From a virus (Duplodnaviria > Caudoviricetes): a stretch of 64,000 nt of DNA. The notes below the pieces were generated by a model. The model was given only the letters and a program-made list of their open reading frames with translations, was not told the origin of the DNA and ran no database searches. Below, one piece after another: positions 18,796 through 29,524 of the stretch. The stretch spans positions 3,344 through 67,343 of the IMG/VR virus record IMGVR_UViG_2855110455_000001; one strand, written 5' to 3'. Made by a program: the position numbers and the translations under genes. Each line of letters starts with the position of its first letter. Within the stretch, counting starts at the first letter, position 1.

Positions 18796-19626
18796 ATGGC
18801 TAATGATTGGAAACAACTACAACTGCAGTTCTTAGCTGATAACGACAAGACAAGTATTACAGCGAAAGAATGGTGTAATCAACGAGGGCTTAATTATCAA
18901 TCTGCACGTCGCTATATCAAAATGCGCACTGCGCAAAGTAAGACTGCGCAAACTAATAATGTGCGCAATGCGCAATCTGAAACTGCGCAATCAAAGAAAG
19001 TGCGCAAACTTAAAAATATAAAGGGAAAGAATGAATCAGTAGAAAAACGGACTAATTCTAAGCCTGAATCTCCAAATAAAGCGAAACGCAAAAGGAAATC
19101 GAGCCCTTATAAGTTTAAAAATGGTAAGCCTGGTAATCCACATCCTTCTCAAAGTTTTGAAGCGGGCAATCAGCATGCACGTAAACATGGTGGTTATTCA
19201 GCACGTTTTGATGATCAATCGTTATTCGATGAAGCTGCTCAAATGTCCCTCGAGGAAGAGTTAAAACTGTGTCGCGCTCGTGCTTTGAACTGTATTGATA
19301 CGATGAAGAAGATTCGTGCTGATATGGTCAATGCAGATTCAGTTGATCAACGTATTGAGCTTTACAACGTTATTACTTCAACAGAACAAGCACTCGATAG
19401 AAATGTAGTTCGCATTGAATCCATCACAAAAACGCTTTCATCTATTCGTATTGATACCGTTAATGAGCAGAAAATCATGAAAGATACGGATCGAATAGAA
19501 GCGGCAACAACCAAGCTAAAATTGGAAGCTGATAAATTGGCCAAAGAGGGTAAAGGCTCTATAACACCAATATCTGAAATGATTGCTGAACTACAACAAA
19601 CTGGCTCTGATGGCTTGATGTCATGA
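18796..19626 (+). CDS. Terminase small subunit
   Basis: N-terminal HTH (DWKQLQ..AKEWC..GLNYQSARRY), GNQHARKHGGY motif; overlaps terL. Confidence 0.85.
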   Translation: MANDWKQLQLQFLADNDKTSITAKEWCNQRGLNYQSARRYIKMRTAQSKTAQTNNVRNAQSETAQSKKVRKLKNIKGKNESVEKRTNSKPESPNKAKRKRKSSPYKFKNGKPGNPHPSQSFEAGNQHARKHGGYSARFDDQSLFDEAAQMSLEEELKLCRARALNCIDTMKKIRADMVNADSVDQRIELYNVITSTEQALDRNVVRIESITKTLSSIRIDTVNEQKIMKDTDRIEAATTKLKLEADKLAKEGKGSITPISEMIAELQQTGSDGLMS

Positions 19627-21287
19627 CCGAACAAGAGCAAATAGACTACATCCAAGCGCGAGTCGGTAATAAATGGTGGAGACTGAACAACCTTTACAAA
19701 GTTGAAAATGAGGATGGTGACTTAGTCACGTTCAAGTTGCGACCGGCTCAAGCTTTATTGTTTAAGTTAATGGCACACAAGAACATCATTCTTAAAGCGC
19801 GTCAGCTTGGATTCTCTACTGCAATCGATATTTATCTGCTTGATGAGGCGTTATTCAATAAGAACATTAAGTGCGGCATCATTGCTCAAGACCAAGGAGC
19901 TGCAGGTGAGATTTTCCGTACCAAGATAGAAGTGCCATTTGATAATCTTCCTGAATGGCTAAAAGCAGAGTTCCCAATAGAAAGTCGTCGTTCTGGTGCA
20001 AGTGGCGGCTTCATTTTATTTAAAAGTGGTTCAAGTATTCAGTGTGCAACGTCATTCCGTTCAGGAACGGTGCAACGACTTCACATTTCAGAGCATGGAA
20101 AGATTTGTGCTAAGTACCCACAAAAGGCTAAGGAAGTTAAAACGGGTACCTTAAATGCTATTCACCAAAATGCTATCTGTTTCATTGAATCCACAGCTGA
20201 AGGTGTGGGTGGTGATTTTTACTCAATGAGCATGAGAGCATTGGATTTATACAATTCAGGTACTGCTTTAGGGACACAAGATTATAAGTTTCATTTCTTT
20301 GCGTGGTTTCAAGACCCTAAATACTCAGAGCCTCTTCCTCAATCTGGATTACAGCTGAGTAAATATCATCAAGAATACTTTGCAGCTGTTGAGTCAGCTA
20401 TGAAGGTCACGTTAACAGATGAGCAAAAACAATGGTACGTCAACAAAGAACAAGGTCAGGGCGAGGAAATTAAGCAAGAGTTTCCCTCAACGCCACAAGA
20501 AGCTTTTTTAACCTCTGGTCGTCGTGTGTTTGATGCTATTCGCGTGATGAATGCAGAAGCTCATACCACAAAGCCACTTATCATTTACGATATTGAGCCT
20601 GTAAATGGCATCAAGACAAAAGCCCAATCAATGCGTGAAGCTGATAATGAAAAGCTACAGCGTAATTTGCTCAATATGCTGCTTGTGTGGGAGCTTCCTG
20701 ATGCTGATGAAGAGTATGCGATAGGCGTCGATATTGCTGAAGGCCTTGAGCATAACGATAGAAGTTCATTTGATGTGGTTAAGAAAACGACCGGCGAACA
20801 AGTGGCGCATTGGTTTGGTCACTTAGATGTTGAGATGTTCGCGTCACTCGTTCGTCATGTTGGCCATATGTATAACACCGCCTTTGTTGGTCCTGAGCGA
20901 AACAATCATGGCCATGCGTTCTTACAAAAATTCCGCGATATCTATCCTGTTCGTCGTATCTACCAAGAACAGTATATTGACCGTGATAACGATAATGACA
21001 CGCCTAAATTAGGCTGGCTAACAACAAAACAATCTAAGCCCATCATCATTGAAGGTTTAAAAGAACTGTTACGCACTCAAACAAGTGGTATTCGTTGGAT
21101 AGGGACCATCTCTGAGCTCAATGTCTACGTGTACGACAGCAAAGGCGCAATGAATGCTCAAGTCGGTTGTTATGACGATCAACTTATTAGTTACGCCATT
21201 GCCCAAGAAATGCGAGCTCGAATGCCTAAACGTGTTAAATCTGATGATAACCAGCCAGCCAAAGATAAACACTGGATGACCTATTAA
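19623..21287 (+). CDS. Terminase large subunit
   Basis: ILKARQLGFST Walker A, LHISE Walker B, ESTAEG, GVDIAEG nuclease, YDDQL. Confidence 0.95.
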   Translation: MTEQEQIDYIQARVGNKWWRLNNLYKVENEDGDLVTFKLRPAQALLFKLMAHKNIILKARQLGFSTAIDIYLLDEALFNKNIKCGIIAQDQGAAGEIFRTKIEVPFDNLPEWLKAEFPIESRRSGASGGFILFKSGSSIQCATSFRSGTVQRLHISEHGKICAKYPQKAKEVKTGTLNAIHQNAICFIESTAEGVGGDFYSMSMRALDLYNSGTALGTQDYKFHFFAWFQDPKYSEPLPQSGLQLSKYHQEYFAAVESAMKVTLTDEQKQWYVNKEQGQGEEIKQEFPSTPQEAFLTSGRRVFDAIRVMNAEAHTTKPLIIYDIEPVNGIKTKAQSMREADNEKLQRNLLNMLLVWELPDADEEYAIGVDIAEGLEHNDRSSFDVVKKTTGEQVAHWFGHLDVEMFASLVRHVGHMYNTAFVGPERNNHGHAFLQKFRDIYPVRRIYQEQYIDRDNDNDTPKLGWLTTKQSKPIIIEGLKELLRTQTSGIRWIGTISELNVYVYDSKGAMNAQVGCYDDQLISYAIAQEMRARMPKRVKSDDNQPAKDKHWMTY

Positions 21288-23353
21288 TGAAAGTAGACCA
21301 AAGTAAATTGCTCGACATCATGTCTGACATTGATGGCCAACCAGATTGGCGCTCTGCAGCCAATAAAGCGGATGCTTATTACGATGATGATCAACTCGAG
21401 GCTGAAGTATTAAAGATACTGAAAGAACGAGGGCAGCCAATAACAATACAAAACTTAATAAAGCCTGCAGTTAACTCTGTTCTTGGTATGGAAGCTAAGA
21501 CGCGTACTGATTTGTTGGTAATGGCTGATGACCCAGATGATGAAATGGAAGAATTAGCTGAAGCATTGAATGCCGAGTTTTCTGATGCTTGTCGTCTTGG
21601 TCGATTAGATAAAGCCCGTTCGGATGCTTATGCTTCACAGCTCAAGTCTGGCCTTGGTTGGGTTGAGTGCTTCCGTAATCCGGACCCTTTTGGCGCGAAG
21701 TATAAAATACAAAATGTGCCACGTGATGAGGTCTATTGGGATTGGTTAGCAAAGCAGCATGACTTATCTGATGCTCGATGGTTAATGCGCTATCGTTGGA
21801 TTGATATGGATGAACTGATAACCATGGTGCCTAATAAGCGTGCCATTATTGAGCAAGCCGTGAACTCATGGAATAACTTTGTCGATGTCGATCATATTGC
21901 AGGTTTAGACCCTCAGCTGCAGAGTGGTTACAAAGAACACAGTACTTGGACTCGCAGTGAATCAGAGTGGTTAAGTCAAAATCGCAAACGCATTCGGTTA
22001 CAGGTGATTTATTACCGTAATTTTGAGCGTAAACCCGTGATTGAGCTCTCTGATGGCCGCGTTATTGAATACCAATCTAGTAATATTGCTCATACAACAG
22101 CAGTTGGAATGGGTAAAGTTCAGCTTCGTATGGCGCAGATTAATCGTATCAGTGAAAGTTGGTACGCAGGACCACATCATTTAGGGGATAAAGAGTGCTC
22201 AGCACCTCAAGGAATGTGGCCACTTATTCCTTTCTTTGGATACCGAAAAGCATCATCCGGTGAGCCTTATGGCATTGTTGCTTCATCAATCAGTGCGCAA
22301 GATGAAGTGAATTTTCGTCGTAGCAAACTCACGCAGTTATTACAGTCGCCATTGATTATTATGGATGAAGATGCAACTAACATGAGCACTCAGAAAGTCA
22401 TTGAAGAGATTGATAAGCGTGGTGTGGTAAAGCTTAATCCAAATAGACGTAATCAAAAGACAATGGCTGAAGTATTTCAAATCAATCGAGATACGGAGGT
22501 TTCAAACCAACAGTTCTCAGTGATGCAAGATTCTATGCGTCATATACAAGATGTAATGGGCGTTTCACCGTCTTTTCTTGGTCAAGATGATGGTGCTAAA
22601 AGCGGTATTGCCATCGCTAATATCGTTGAACAAGGCGCAACAACGCTTGCTGAAATCAATGATAACTATCGATTTGCATGTCAGTTAGTTGGTGAACTTA
22701 TTCTTGGCTATGTGATTGAAGATTTAAAGAGCAAGCGTAATAAGACTGTAGTTGTTAACCGTGATGACAAGATGAAACGTAAGACCGTTGTTATCAATGA
22801 AGAAACAAATGATGGCATGAACAATGATATTTCTCGTTTACGCTCTCACATTGCCTTAGCGCCAGTTCAACAAACATCAGCTTATAAGTCTCAACTTGCT
22901 GAACGTATGATGCAAATGACCTCACAATTACCACCTGAAGTACAAAGTGCAGTGATTGATTTGGTACTTGAATTGAGCGATGTACCAAATAAAGCTGAGT
23001 TTATGGATCGCGTTCGTGATGCATTAGGGGTCGGTAAAGATGTAGAGGACATGACACCAGAAGAACAACAAGCAGCAGAGGCACAAGCTCAGCAAGAACA
23101 GGAGCAGCAAGCGTTAATGATGCGAGAGCTAGCCGCGAAAGTAGATAAGCTTGAGGCAGAAGCCCAACGAACTGCAGCACTTGCTAACAAAGAAAGTGTA
23201 GTTGCAGATAGCCAGCGTTATGCCAATGCTAAGACGCAAGCAGAAACAGGTAAGATTTTGACTGAAATGGAAAAAGCTAGTAGTGAAGTTGGGCAGGTTA
23301 AGCAAAATATGCTAGTAAATCTTCAGCAACAAATTGATTCTATGGAAGTTTAA
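21287..23353 (+). CDS. Portal protein (P22/933W-like)
   Basis: 688 aa after terL; YYDDDQL, NLIKP.VN.VLG, AQDEVN.RRS, C-terminal helical barrel. Confidence 0.9.
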   Translation: MKVDQSKLLDIMSDIDGQPDWRSAANKADAYYDDDQLEAEVLKILKERGQPITIQNLIKPAVNSVLGMEAKTRTDLLVMADDPDDEMEELAEALNAEFSDACRLGRLDKARSDAYASQLKSGLGWVECFRNPDPFGAKYKIQNVPRDEVYWDWLAKQHDLSDARWLMRYRWIDMDELITMVPNKRAIIEQAVNSWNNFVDVDHIAGLDPQLQSGYKEHSTWTRSESEWLSQNRKRIRLQVIYYRNFERKPVIELSDGRVIEYQSSNIAHTTAVGMGKVQLRMAQINRISESWYAGPHHLGDKECSAPQGMWPLIPFFGYRKASSGEPYGIVASSISAQDEVNFRRSKLTQLLQSPLIIMDEDATNMSTQKVIEEIDKRGVVKLNPNRRNQKTMAEVFQINRDTEVSNQQFSVMQDSMRHIQDVMGVSPSFLGQDDGAKSGIAIANIVEQGATTLAEINDNYRFACQLVGELILGYVIEDLKSKRNKTVVVNRDDKMKRKTVVINEETNDGMNNDISRLRSHIALAPVQQTSAYKSQLAERMMQMTSQLPPEVQSAVIDLVLELSDVPNKAEFMDRVRDALGVGKDVEDMTPEEQQAAEAQAQQEQEQQALMMRELAAKVDKLEAEAQRTAALANKESVVADSQRYANAKTQAETGKILTEMEKASSEVGQVKQNMLVNLQQQIDSMEV

Positions 23354-23505
23354 TTTGGCTTTTATATTTAAAATAAGAATATTTACTCTAATAAATATAG
23401 TGTATAAACATACTTGTGATATGAAACATGACGTGTAGATAAGGACTAATAACCACATGGAAGTGGGTATAACTAGTAGAATTTCCCCTATTTTATAGTG
23501 TAGTT

Positions 23506-23585
23506 GTCGTCTTGACTCTACCTAAATCTAATATACTCTGATTCCATCATCTAAAGCCGCACCCGAAAGGGATGTGGCTTTTTTT
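23506..23585 (+). promoter_or_regulatory. Second late promoter + terminator unit before scaffold
   Basis: gtcgtcTTGACT-16-TACTCT then aaagccgcaccc-gaaa-gggatgtggcttttttt. Confidence 0.6.
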
Positions 23586-23669
23586 ATGCCTGTCTTTAGG
23601 GATAAGGGTTTTGTTTAAAGTCTTTATCCGCACAGACAGCGATACGTCTACAACTGGAGAAGTTAACCT

Positions 23670-24695
23670 ATGACGATTGAAATTACAGGTAATGAAACAC
23701 TCGATGAACTAGAGGCAATATTGGATAGTCTTGATGATGCTGAAGTGGTTGACGAACCATTATCAGTAGCATCTGAGCCAGTTATTACTGAAGTGGCATC
23801 AACTGAACCAGCAGTACTACCATTAGAAGGCGATACGAACGTAGCCCCGCCAACTACGGATGATGTGATTGTTGAGCAGAGTGAAGAACAGCCAGAGAAG
23901 AAAGTAATTGTCGCTAAAGACGGTGAACACATTATTCCATACGATGTGCTGGAAGCTGAACGTCGAGAGTCTGAACGTTTACGTCAACAGATTGCCGACA
24001 TGAAGCAGAAGCAGCCAGAGTATGACCAACAAAGTCGTTTACTTGAATTACGCGATAAGCAATTACAGAAACTAGGTGTTGATCTTGATGACTTACCTGA
24101 AAATTTAACCGTCAACGATAAGCAAATTGATGATTTACGCGAGAACTATCCTGAGTTAGCCCCATTCATTACAAGTCTGATGGCAAAGATTGATGCGGTC
24201 ACTGCTAATACAGCACCTGTTACTGAAGTATCAACCAACAATCCTGTATTAGATGATATTAAATCAAATACTGATTTGAATGGTTGGATGGATGAAAAAG
24301 GCGATAAATGGGCTCTCGCGCTCGATATTGATGATCGTTTGTTAGTCGATCCAACGTGGTCAGAAAAGCCACAGCGTGAACGTTTTGAAGAGGTAGTTCG
24401 TCGAACGAAAGCTGCCTTTGGAGAAACACTGTCTACTCCTGAACCCGAGCCTGAAGTTGAACCGGTACTTGAGCCAGTAGTAAATGACATTAAAGTTCGT
24501 GAGGTGGCAGAACAAAAAGAGAAAGCCGCAGCGGAATCTTTACCAGAGAGTCCGTCACTTGTAGGCGCATCCAATCAACATCAGGGAACGGTGTTGCAAC
24601 AGGCAATCAATATGAACAATGCTGATTTGCAAAACCTGATGTCAACAATGACGCCTGATCAAATTGATGCGCTCTTAGAACAAGCTGATTTTTAA
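23670..24695 (+). CDS. Capsid scaffolding protein
   Basis: Acidic, coiled coil, KDGEHIIPYDVL; between portal and capsid. Confidence 0.75.
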   Translation: MTIEITGNETLDELEAILDSLDDAEVVDEPLSVASEPVITEVASTEPAVLPLEGDTNVAPPTTDDVIVEQSEEQPEKKVIVAKDGEHIIPYDVLEAERRESERLRQQIADMKQKQPEYDQQSRLLELRDKQLQKLGVDLDDLPENLTVNDKQIDDLRENYPELAPFITSLMAKIDAVTANTAPVTEVSTNNPVLDDIKSNTDLNGWMDEKGDKWALALDIDDRLLVDPTWSEKPQRERFEEVVRRTKAAFGETLSTPEPEPEVEPVLEPVVNDIKVREVAEQKEKAAAESLPESPSLVGASNQHQGTVLQQAINMNNADLQNLMSTMTPDQIDALLEQADF

Positions 24696-24760
24696 CCATC
24701 AGTTCATTACATACCTAAAAACCCGCCATAGTGCGGGTTTTTCTGTTTCTAGGAGTTGCT

Positions 24761-25972
24761 ATGACAACTATTACGCCAGCGCAGGCGAAACATTTACAAG
24801 AAGTTGCGCTGTTTACTGCTGCCAACCGAAATCGTAGTTTTGTGAATATGCTGACGGAAGAAGCACCAAAGCAAGCCATGGGCGATAAGAAAGGTAATAC
24901 CCAAACGTCAGCACATGCCCCAATTGTACGTATTTCAGATTTAACTAAGCAAGCGGGTGAATCTGTTGATATGCAGATCATCCATAAACTCTCTAAGCGT
25001 CCAACTATGGGAGATAAGAAGCTAGAAGGACGTGGTGAGAACCTTGAGTTCTCAAGCTTTGAACTGAAAATCAATCAAGGTCGTCATATGGTTGATGCTG
25101 GTGGCAAGATGAGCCAGCAACGAACAACGCATCAGATTCGTAAAGCTGGACGTACTTTGCTCGGTCCTTATTTTAATGACCTACAAGATCAAGCGGCTAC
25201 CATTCATTTAGCCGGTGCGCGTGGTGATTATTTTGATGATGACATTATTGTGCCGTTGGAAGGTCATGCTGAGTATAGCGATATTCTAGTGAATAGCATT
25301 CTACCACCAACTTATGATCGTCATTTCTTTGGAGGTGATGCGACATCATTTGAAAGTCTCGATTCTGCTGATATTTTCAATATGGATGCAGTGGATAATC
25401 TCAGCCTTTATCTAGAAGAAATGGCACATCCTTTACAGCCGATTCGTTTTGGTGCGGATGAATTAGCCGGCGATGAGCCTTTCTACTTACTCGAAGTAAC
25501 ACCTCGTCAATGGGCAACATGGCAGAAAACATCGAGCTATAAAGATTGGCAGCAGCTAACTGCAGCAGCGCTTAACCGTAGTCGTAATTTCCGTCATCCG
25601 GTTTTTGCAGGTGAATGTGCAATGCGCAGCAATATCTTAGTGCGCAAGTATAAAGGGATGCCAATTCGTTTTAATCAAGGCTCAGCAGTAAAAGTATCAA
25701 ATAATGATAATGCAGCAACGGTTAAACAAGTTGAAGCAAAGACCACTATTGATCGTGCCATTCTTTTAGGAGGTCAGGCACTAGCGAATGCATGGGGCTC
25801 AACCTCAAGCGGTAATCAATTCAAATACACAGAGAAAAAGGTGGACCATGATAACGGTACTGAGATTTCTATCGCATGGATGAATGGTCTTAAAAAGATC
25901 CGCTTTGCTGATAAAAATGGGCGTATCAATGACCATGGTGTGATTGCACTCGATACAGCTGTCACGCTGTAA
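24761..25972 (+). CDS. Major capsid protein (N4-gp56/DUF4043 family)
   Basis: DLTKQAGESV, LEGRGENL, RAILLGGQAL, DHGVIALDTA; AGGAG RBS. Confidence 0.88.
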   Translation: MTTITPAQAKHLQEVALFTAANRNRSFVNMLTEEAPKQAMGDKKGNTQTSAHAPIVRISDLTKQAGESVDMQIIHKLSKRPTMGDKKLEGRGENLEFSSFELKINQGRHMVDAGGKMSQQRTTHQIRKAGRTLLGPYFNDLQDQAATIHLAGARGDYFDDDIIVPLEGHAEYSDILVNSILPPTYDRHFFGGDATSFESLDSADIFNMDAVDNLSLYLEEMAHPLQPIRFGADELAGDEPFYLLEVTPRQWATWQKTSSYKDWQQLTAAALNRSRNFRHPVFAGECAMRSNILVRKYKGMPIRFNQGSAVKVSNNDNAATVKQVEAKTTIDRAILLGGQALANAWGSTSSGNQFKYTEKKVDHDNGTEISIAWMNGLKKIRFADKNGRINDHGVIALDTAVTL

Positions 25973-26026
25973 TTCATTCACAAAATATGCGTGATGATAT
26001 CTCGCATTTATACAGAGAGATTTGTT

Positions 26027-26410
26027 ATGGCTAAAGTCATCGCACAAACCATGCGAGATACTGTGTATGCAGGTGCGGCAGGTAATTTAAGTATTGCCTT
26101 TGGTAAAGTGGATGTAAAAGCAGCAGTCATTGGCACTGAAATTGATACGCTTGAATTACCGATTGGCTTAGAGGTTGTAGGTGTTCGAGTCGCAACAGAA
26201 TCAGGTTTAGGTGCTGGTGTGAAACTGGATATTAAATTAAACAACAACGTTATTGTATCTGCAGTAAATGTTGCCGCTAAAGGGTCGGTTGTTATCCCAA
26301 TTCAACCACTTTATCTATTCGAGAAAACAGTGCTTACGGCTGTGGTTAAAGGAACGATAGCAACGGGATCCGTGTCGATTATGCCTGAGTATGTGTCTGT
26401 TGGTTTTTAA
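26027..26410 (+). CDS. Virion structural protein (putative capsid decoration)
   Basis: Small beta-rich protein right after capsid. Confidence 0.6.
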   Translation: MAKVIAQTMRDTVYAGAAGNLSIAFGKVDVKAAVIGTEIDTLELPIGLEVVGVRVATESGLGAGVKLDIKLNNNVIVSAVNVAAKGSVVIPIQPLYLFEKTVLTAVVKGTIATGSVSIMPEYVSVGF

Positions 26411-26466
26411 CTATCAAGTAAACAATGATAAGCGCTCTTTATGGGCGCTTTTTTATGGGGATAACC

Positions 26467-26892
26467 ATGTCAAAGATTACCATTGCCTATATTGGTGATA
26501 AGCCATTTAAGAAAGACACAATCACCGGTTCCTTATTGATATTTCCGCAAAATAAGCCAGTAGATGTAGAAGCTGATGTTGCTTACATGCTGCTGCAATA
26601 TCCAAAAGTATGGGTACGAGAAGAGCAGGTTGAACTGATTCAATCTGAGTTAAAGATAGAAGCTGATGATAAAGAACAACAAGAACTTGAACGACAAGCG
26701 CAGTTCGCGGCAGAGGTTTACGCTAATAGCATGGAGGTTGAACTGACAGGCCAGTCTATTGATTTATCAAAGATGACGTCAGCAAAATTAGCCGCATTGA
26801 TTGAAGCCAATGACCTTGATATTGAGGCTAAAGGATCTCAGGAGTCTGTTGACGATTTCCGATTACGCGTCCGAAATACTATTCGAGGGTAG
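26467..26892 (+). CDS. Phage hypothetical protein
   Basis: ORF in structural operon. Confidence 0.7.
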   Translation: MSKITIAYIGDKPFKKDTITGSLLIFPQNKPVDVEADVAYMLLQYPKVWVREEQVELIQSELKIEADDKEQQELERQAQFAAEVYANSMEVELTGQSIDLSKMTSAKLAALIEANDLDIEAKGSQESVDDFRLRVRNTIRG

Positions 26893-26896
26893 ATAA

Positions 26897-27469
26897 ATGG
26901 TACCAGTATCTGATTTTCTACCCACATTACGTATGTTAGTTGATGTGCCTGTTCCTGGCCTGATGGAGATGGCCATTGTTAAAGCGGCACAACGGTTTTG
27001 TCGTGAAAGCAAAGTGATAGTTAAAACGCGTCAGTTTGATGAAGTGTTTGATTGTCAGTCTGTATCAGTGATTGGTATTGGAACACCACAATTAAAAGGC
27101 GCTGGTATCGTTAGTGTCGCAAGCAAAGACCACCTTTTATTAGCGGGATATGATTATACGGTTGTGGATCGAGGAGAGATTAAATTTACGGGAAACTTTA
27201 GTGATGTCGCCATTATTGGAGTCGTAGAGCCGACAATTAATGCAGATCAACTTCCTAAAGTATTATTACATGACTATGTTGATGGTATCTGTGCTGGCGC
27301 AGCGAATCTATTGCAATTGCAGCCAACAACAGCGTGGTTCAATCCAGACCTTGCACAATACAATCATCGCGAGTTCGTACAAGCAATTCGTGATGCCTCT
27401 CGGTACGCCTTAGAAAACACCCCAGCACTTGAAGTCAATAATCAAACTCGTAAGCGAGAATATATTTAA
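26897..27469 (+). CDS. Putative head-tail adaptor
   Basis: AIVKAAQRFCRES and W.NPDLA motifs; synteny. Confidence 0.6.
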   Translation: MVPVSDFLPTLRMLVDVPVPGLMEMAIVKAAQRFCRESKVIVKTRQFDEVFDCQSVSVIGIGTPQLKGAGIVSVASKDHLLLAGYDYTVVDRGEIKFTGNFSDVAIIGVVEPTINADQLPKVLLHDYVDGICAGAANLLQLQPTTAWFNPDLAQYNHREFVQAIRDASRYALENTPALEVNNQTRKREYI

Positions 27470-28095
27470 TGTCTATTAAAGTGAGTGACTTAATTGAGCA
27501 GGTTGCTGAGTTACTTGTTGATAAAGGTAATGTGCGTTGGTCTCAGTCTGAGTTGATTAATTATATCAATGATGCTTTAGCCGCAATCATTATGAGGCGG
27601 CCAAGTATTACTGCAGCAGATAGCGTCATTAGTGTAACCAATAACCCTGTAGTTTTACCAAATGATGCTTATTCCTTACTGACAGTAGAAAAAATTGGTG
27701 ATTATCGAGGCCAATACACGCCAATTGAAACACTTGATCGATTTTATCCAATGTGGCGAACCCAAATTGGAATAGCACAATGCTGGACAAAACATAACGA
27801 TGAACTGTTACGTTTTTGGATATTTCCTGCACCACAAGAGCCGATTAATGTTGAGGTTATATATAGCAAGGTTATTACTGTTAAGGCACAAACAGACGTT
27901 ATCCCTCTAACATCTGTTTACGTTGGTATCTTGATTGATTTTGTTCTTTTTCGTGCTTTTGGGAAAGATGCTGAGAATGCCAGCGAAGAGAGTAAGTCAT
28001 TAATGCATTTTCAATTATTTGCTGTCGCTATGGGGGATAAAAGCGCTACGGATAAAGCTAAATATACAGCTCGTAAACAATCAAGTTTGGAGTAA
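27469..28095 (+). CDS. Putative head-tail connector (DUF6682-like)
   Basis: RWSQSELINYINDAL, FWIFPAP, FRAFGKDAE. Confidence 0.65.
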   Translation: MSIKVSDLIEQVAELLVDKGNVRWSQSELINYINDALAAIIMRRPSITAADSVISVTNNPVVLPNDAYSLLTVEKIGDYRGQYTPIETLDRFYPMWRTQIGIAQCWTKHNDELLRFWIFPAPQEPINVEVIYSKVITVKAQTDVIPLTSVYVGILIDFVLFRAFGKDAENASEESKSLMHFQLFAVAMGDKSATDKAKYTARKQSSLE

Positions 28096-28099
28096 GTGA

Positions 28100-29515
28100 A
28101 TGATTGTCGAAGGTGTTTTACGTGATTTGACTGGGCAAATAATCTCGCAAGGGCTTATCCAAATCATAGCTACAGCAACAAGTAACCATGTACTAAAAGG
28201 CTCCAATGTTCATATTAAATGCGATAGCAATGGTGCCTATTCGTTTGAGTTATTAAATGGCAGTTACAAGTTATATGCTCAGCCTAGCCGATGTAGTGAC
28301 CTTGAATACTTAGGCGAAACGGTTATTACGACTGACGCCGTTAATGGTGATCTAAATAGCATTGCAGGTATAACAAGACCTGTTTTACCACCACAAGTAC
28401 AGAGAGCAGTAGATGCTGCAACTCAATCGGCTTTATCTGCAATACAAGCAAAAGCAGAGAAGGAGAAACTCCTTGCTGTTGCTGCAATAGTTAAGGCACA
28501 AGTAAGTCAAGTTACAGATAAAGCCCTTCAAGCAAGCAATTTCTCTCAACACGCTAGTGATAACGCAAATGACGCTAACGTTGCAAAGCTTGCAGCAGTG
28601 GCGGCAAAAGATGAATCACAGAAGTACGCCATTCAGTCAGCTAATCATAAAACAATAATAGAAAGTATAAAAAACGATATTGTCGAAATTAATCTAAAAA
28701 CTGAATCACATGCAAATAGAGCACATTTAAGTGGAAAACTTGCTGTTTCAGCACAAAAGGAAGCCTTTACTAGCGCTAAAAATGCTGCCTCTCAATCTCA
28801 GCAATCGTTTAAAGCTGCAATTGAAGCACAAGATTATAAAAAAGCAGCGAGTGGATATGCAGATAAAGCAGAACAATCGTTTGCTTCAACGGCTGGTGTT
28901 CTTGACAGCATTAACGTAGAAGTCGCAAAAGCGCAAAGGCATAGTCAAAACGCACGAGTTCAAGCCGTTATTTCAAGTAAAGCTAAAGAGTCCGCTACCA
29001 AAGCTCAGATTAATAGTAATACAGCGGCTGCAGAGTTAATGCGCTTGGAAGTCCTAGTTGATCAAGCTCTCGATAATATTATTGCTACTGGTAAGTTAGC
29101 GACTGAAAGCATTGAGAAGACCAAGAATAATAGACATGGCGCAGATTTGGCCGCGAAAGAAGCGGCTAAATCAAGTCAGCAAGCATATGAGACGCGAAAA
29201 TATGTGACACAAAAAGTACAGGTAGCTGAGCAGTACAAAGAATTGGCAAAGGATTCCAGTATTAATGCGGCGAATGCTCAAAAAGGTTCTCAACAATTTA
29301 AACAAGAATCACAGCATTATAGTGAAAAGTCCATTATTGCCAGCCAACAAGCTGAATATAACGCTATTCGTGCAGAAAAAGCACAAGACTTATCTTTGGA
29401 GTCTGTAAGTCTTGCTTCCAAGGTTGTTGATGCGACTAGATTAACTGTTGTTGGTGTTGCAAAAGATTTAATTACGACACAGAAGATTGTTATTTCATTT
29501 CACCCAATTAACTGA
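28100..29515 (+). CDS. Tail fibre, N-terminal attachment domain + Ala-rich coiled coil
   Basis: MIVEGVLRD..G..DSNGAYSFEL..G.Y prophage tail-fibre N-terminus. Confidence 0.8.
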   Translation: MIVEGVLRDLTGQIISQGLIQIIATATSNHVLKGSNVHIKCDSNGAYSFELLNGSYKLYAQPSRCSDLEYLGETVITTDAVNGDLNSIAGITRPVLPPQVQRAVDAATQSALSAIQAKAEKEKLLAVAAIVKAQVSQVTDKALQASNFSQHASDNANDANVAKLAAVAAKDESQKYAIQSANHKTIIESIKNDIVEINLKTESHANRAHLSGKLAVSAQKEAFTSAKNAASQSQQSFKAAIEAQDYKKAASGYADKAEQSFASTAGVLDSINVEVAKAQRHSQNARVQAVISSKAKESATKAQINSNTAAAELMRLEVLVDQALDNIIATGKLATESIEKTKNNRHGADLAAKEAAKSSQQAYETRKYVTQKVQVAEQYKELAKDSSINAANAQKGSQQFKQESQHYSEKSIIASQQAEYNAIRAEKAQDLSLESVSLASKVVDATRLTVVGVAKDLITTQKIVISFHPIN

Positions 29516-29524
29516 GGTATTGCT

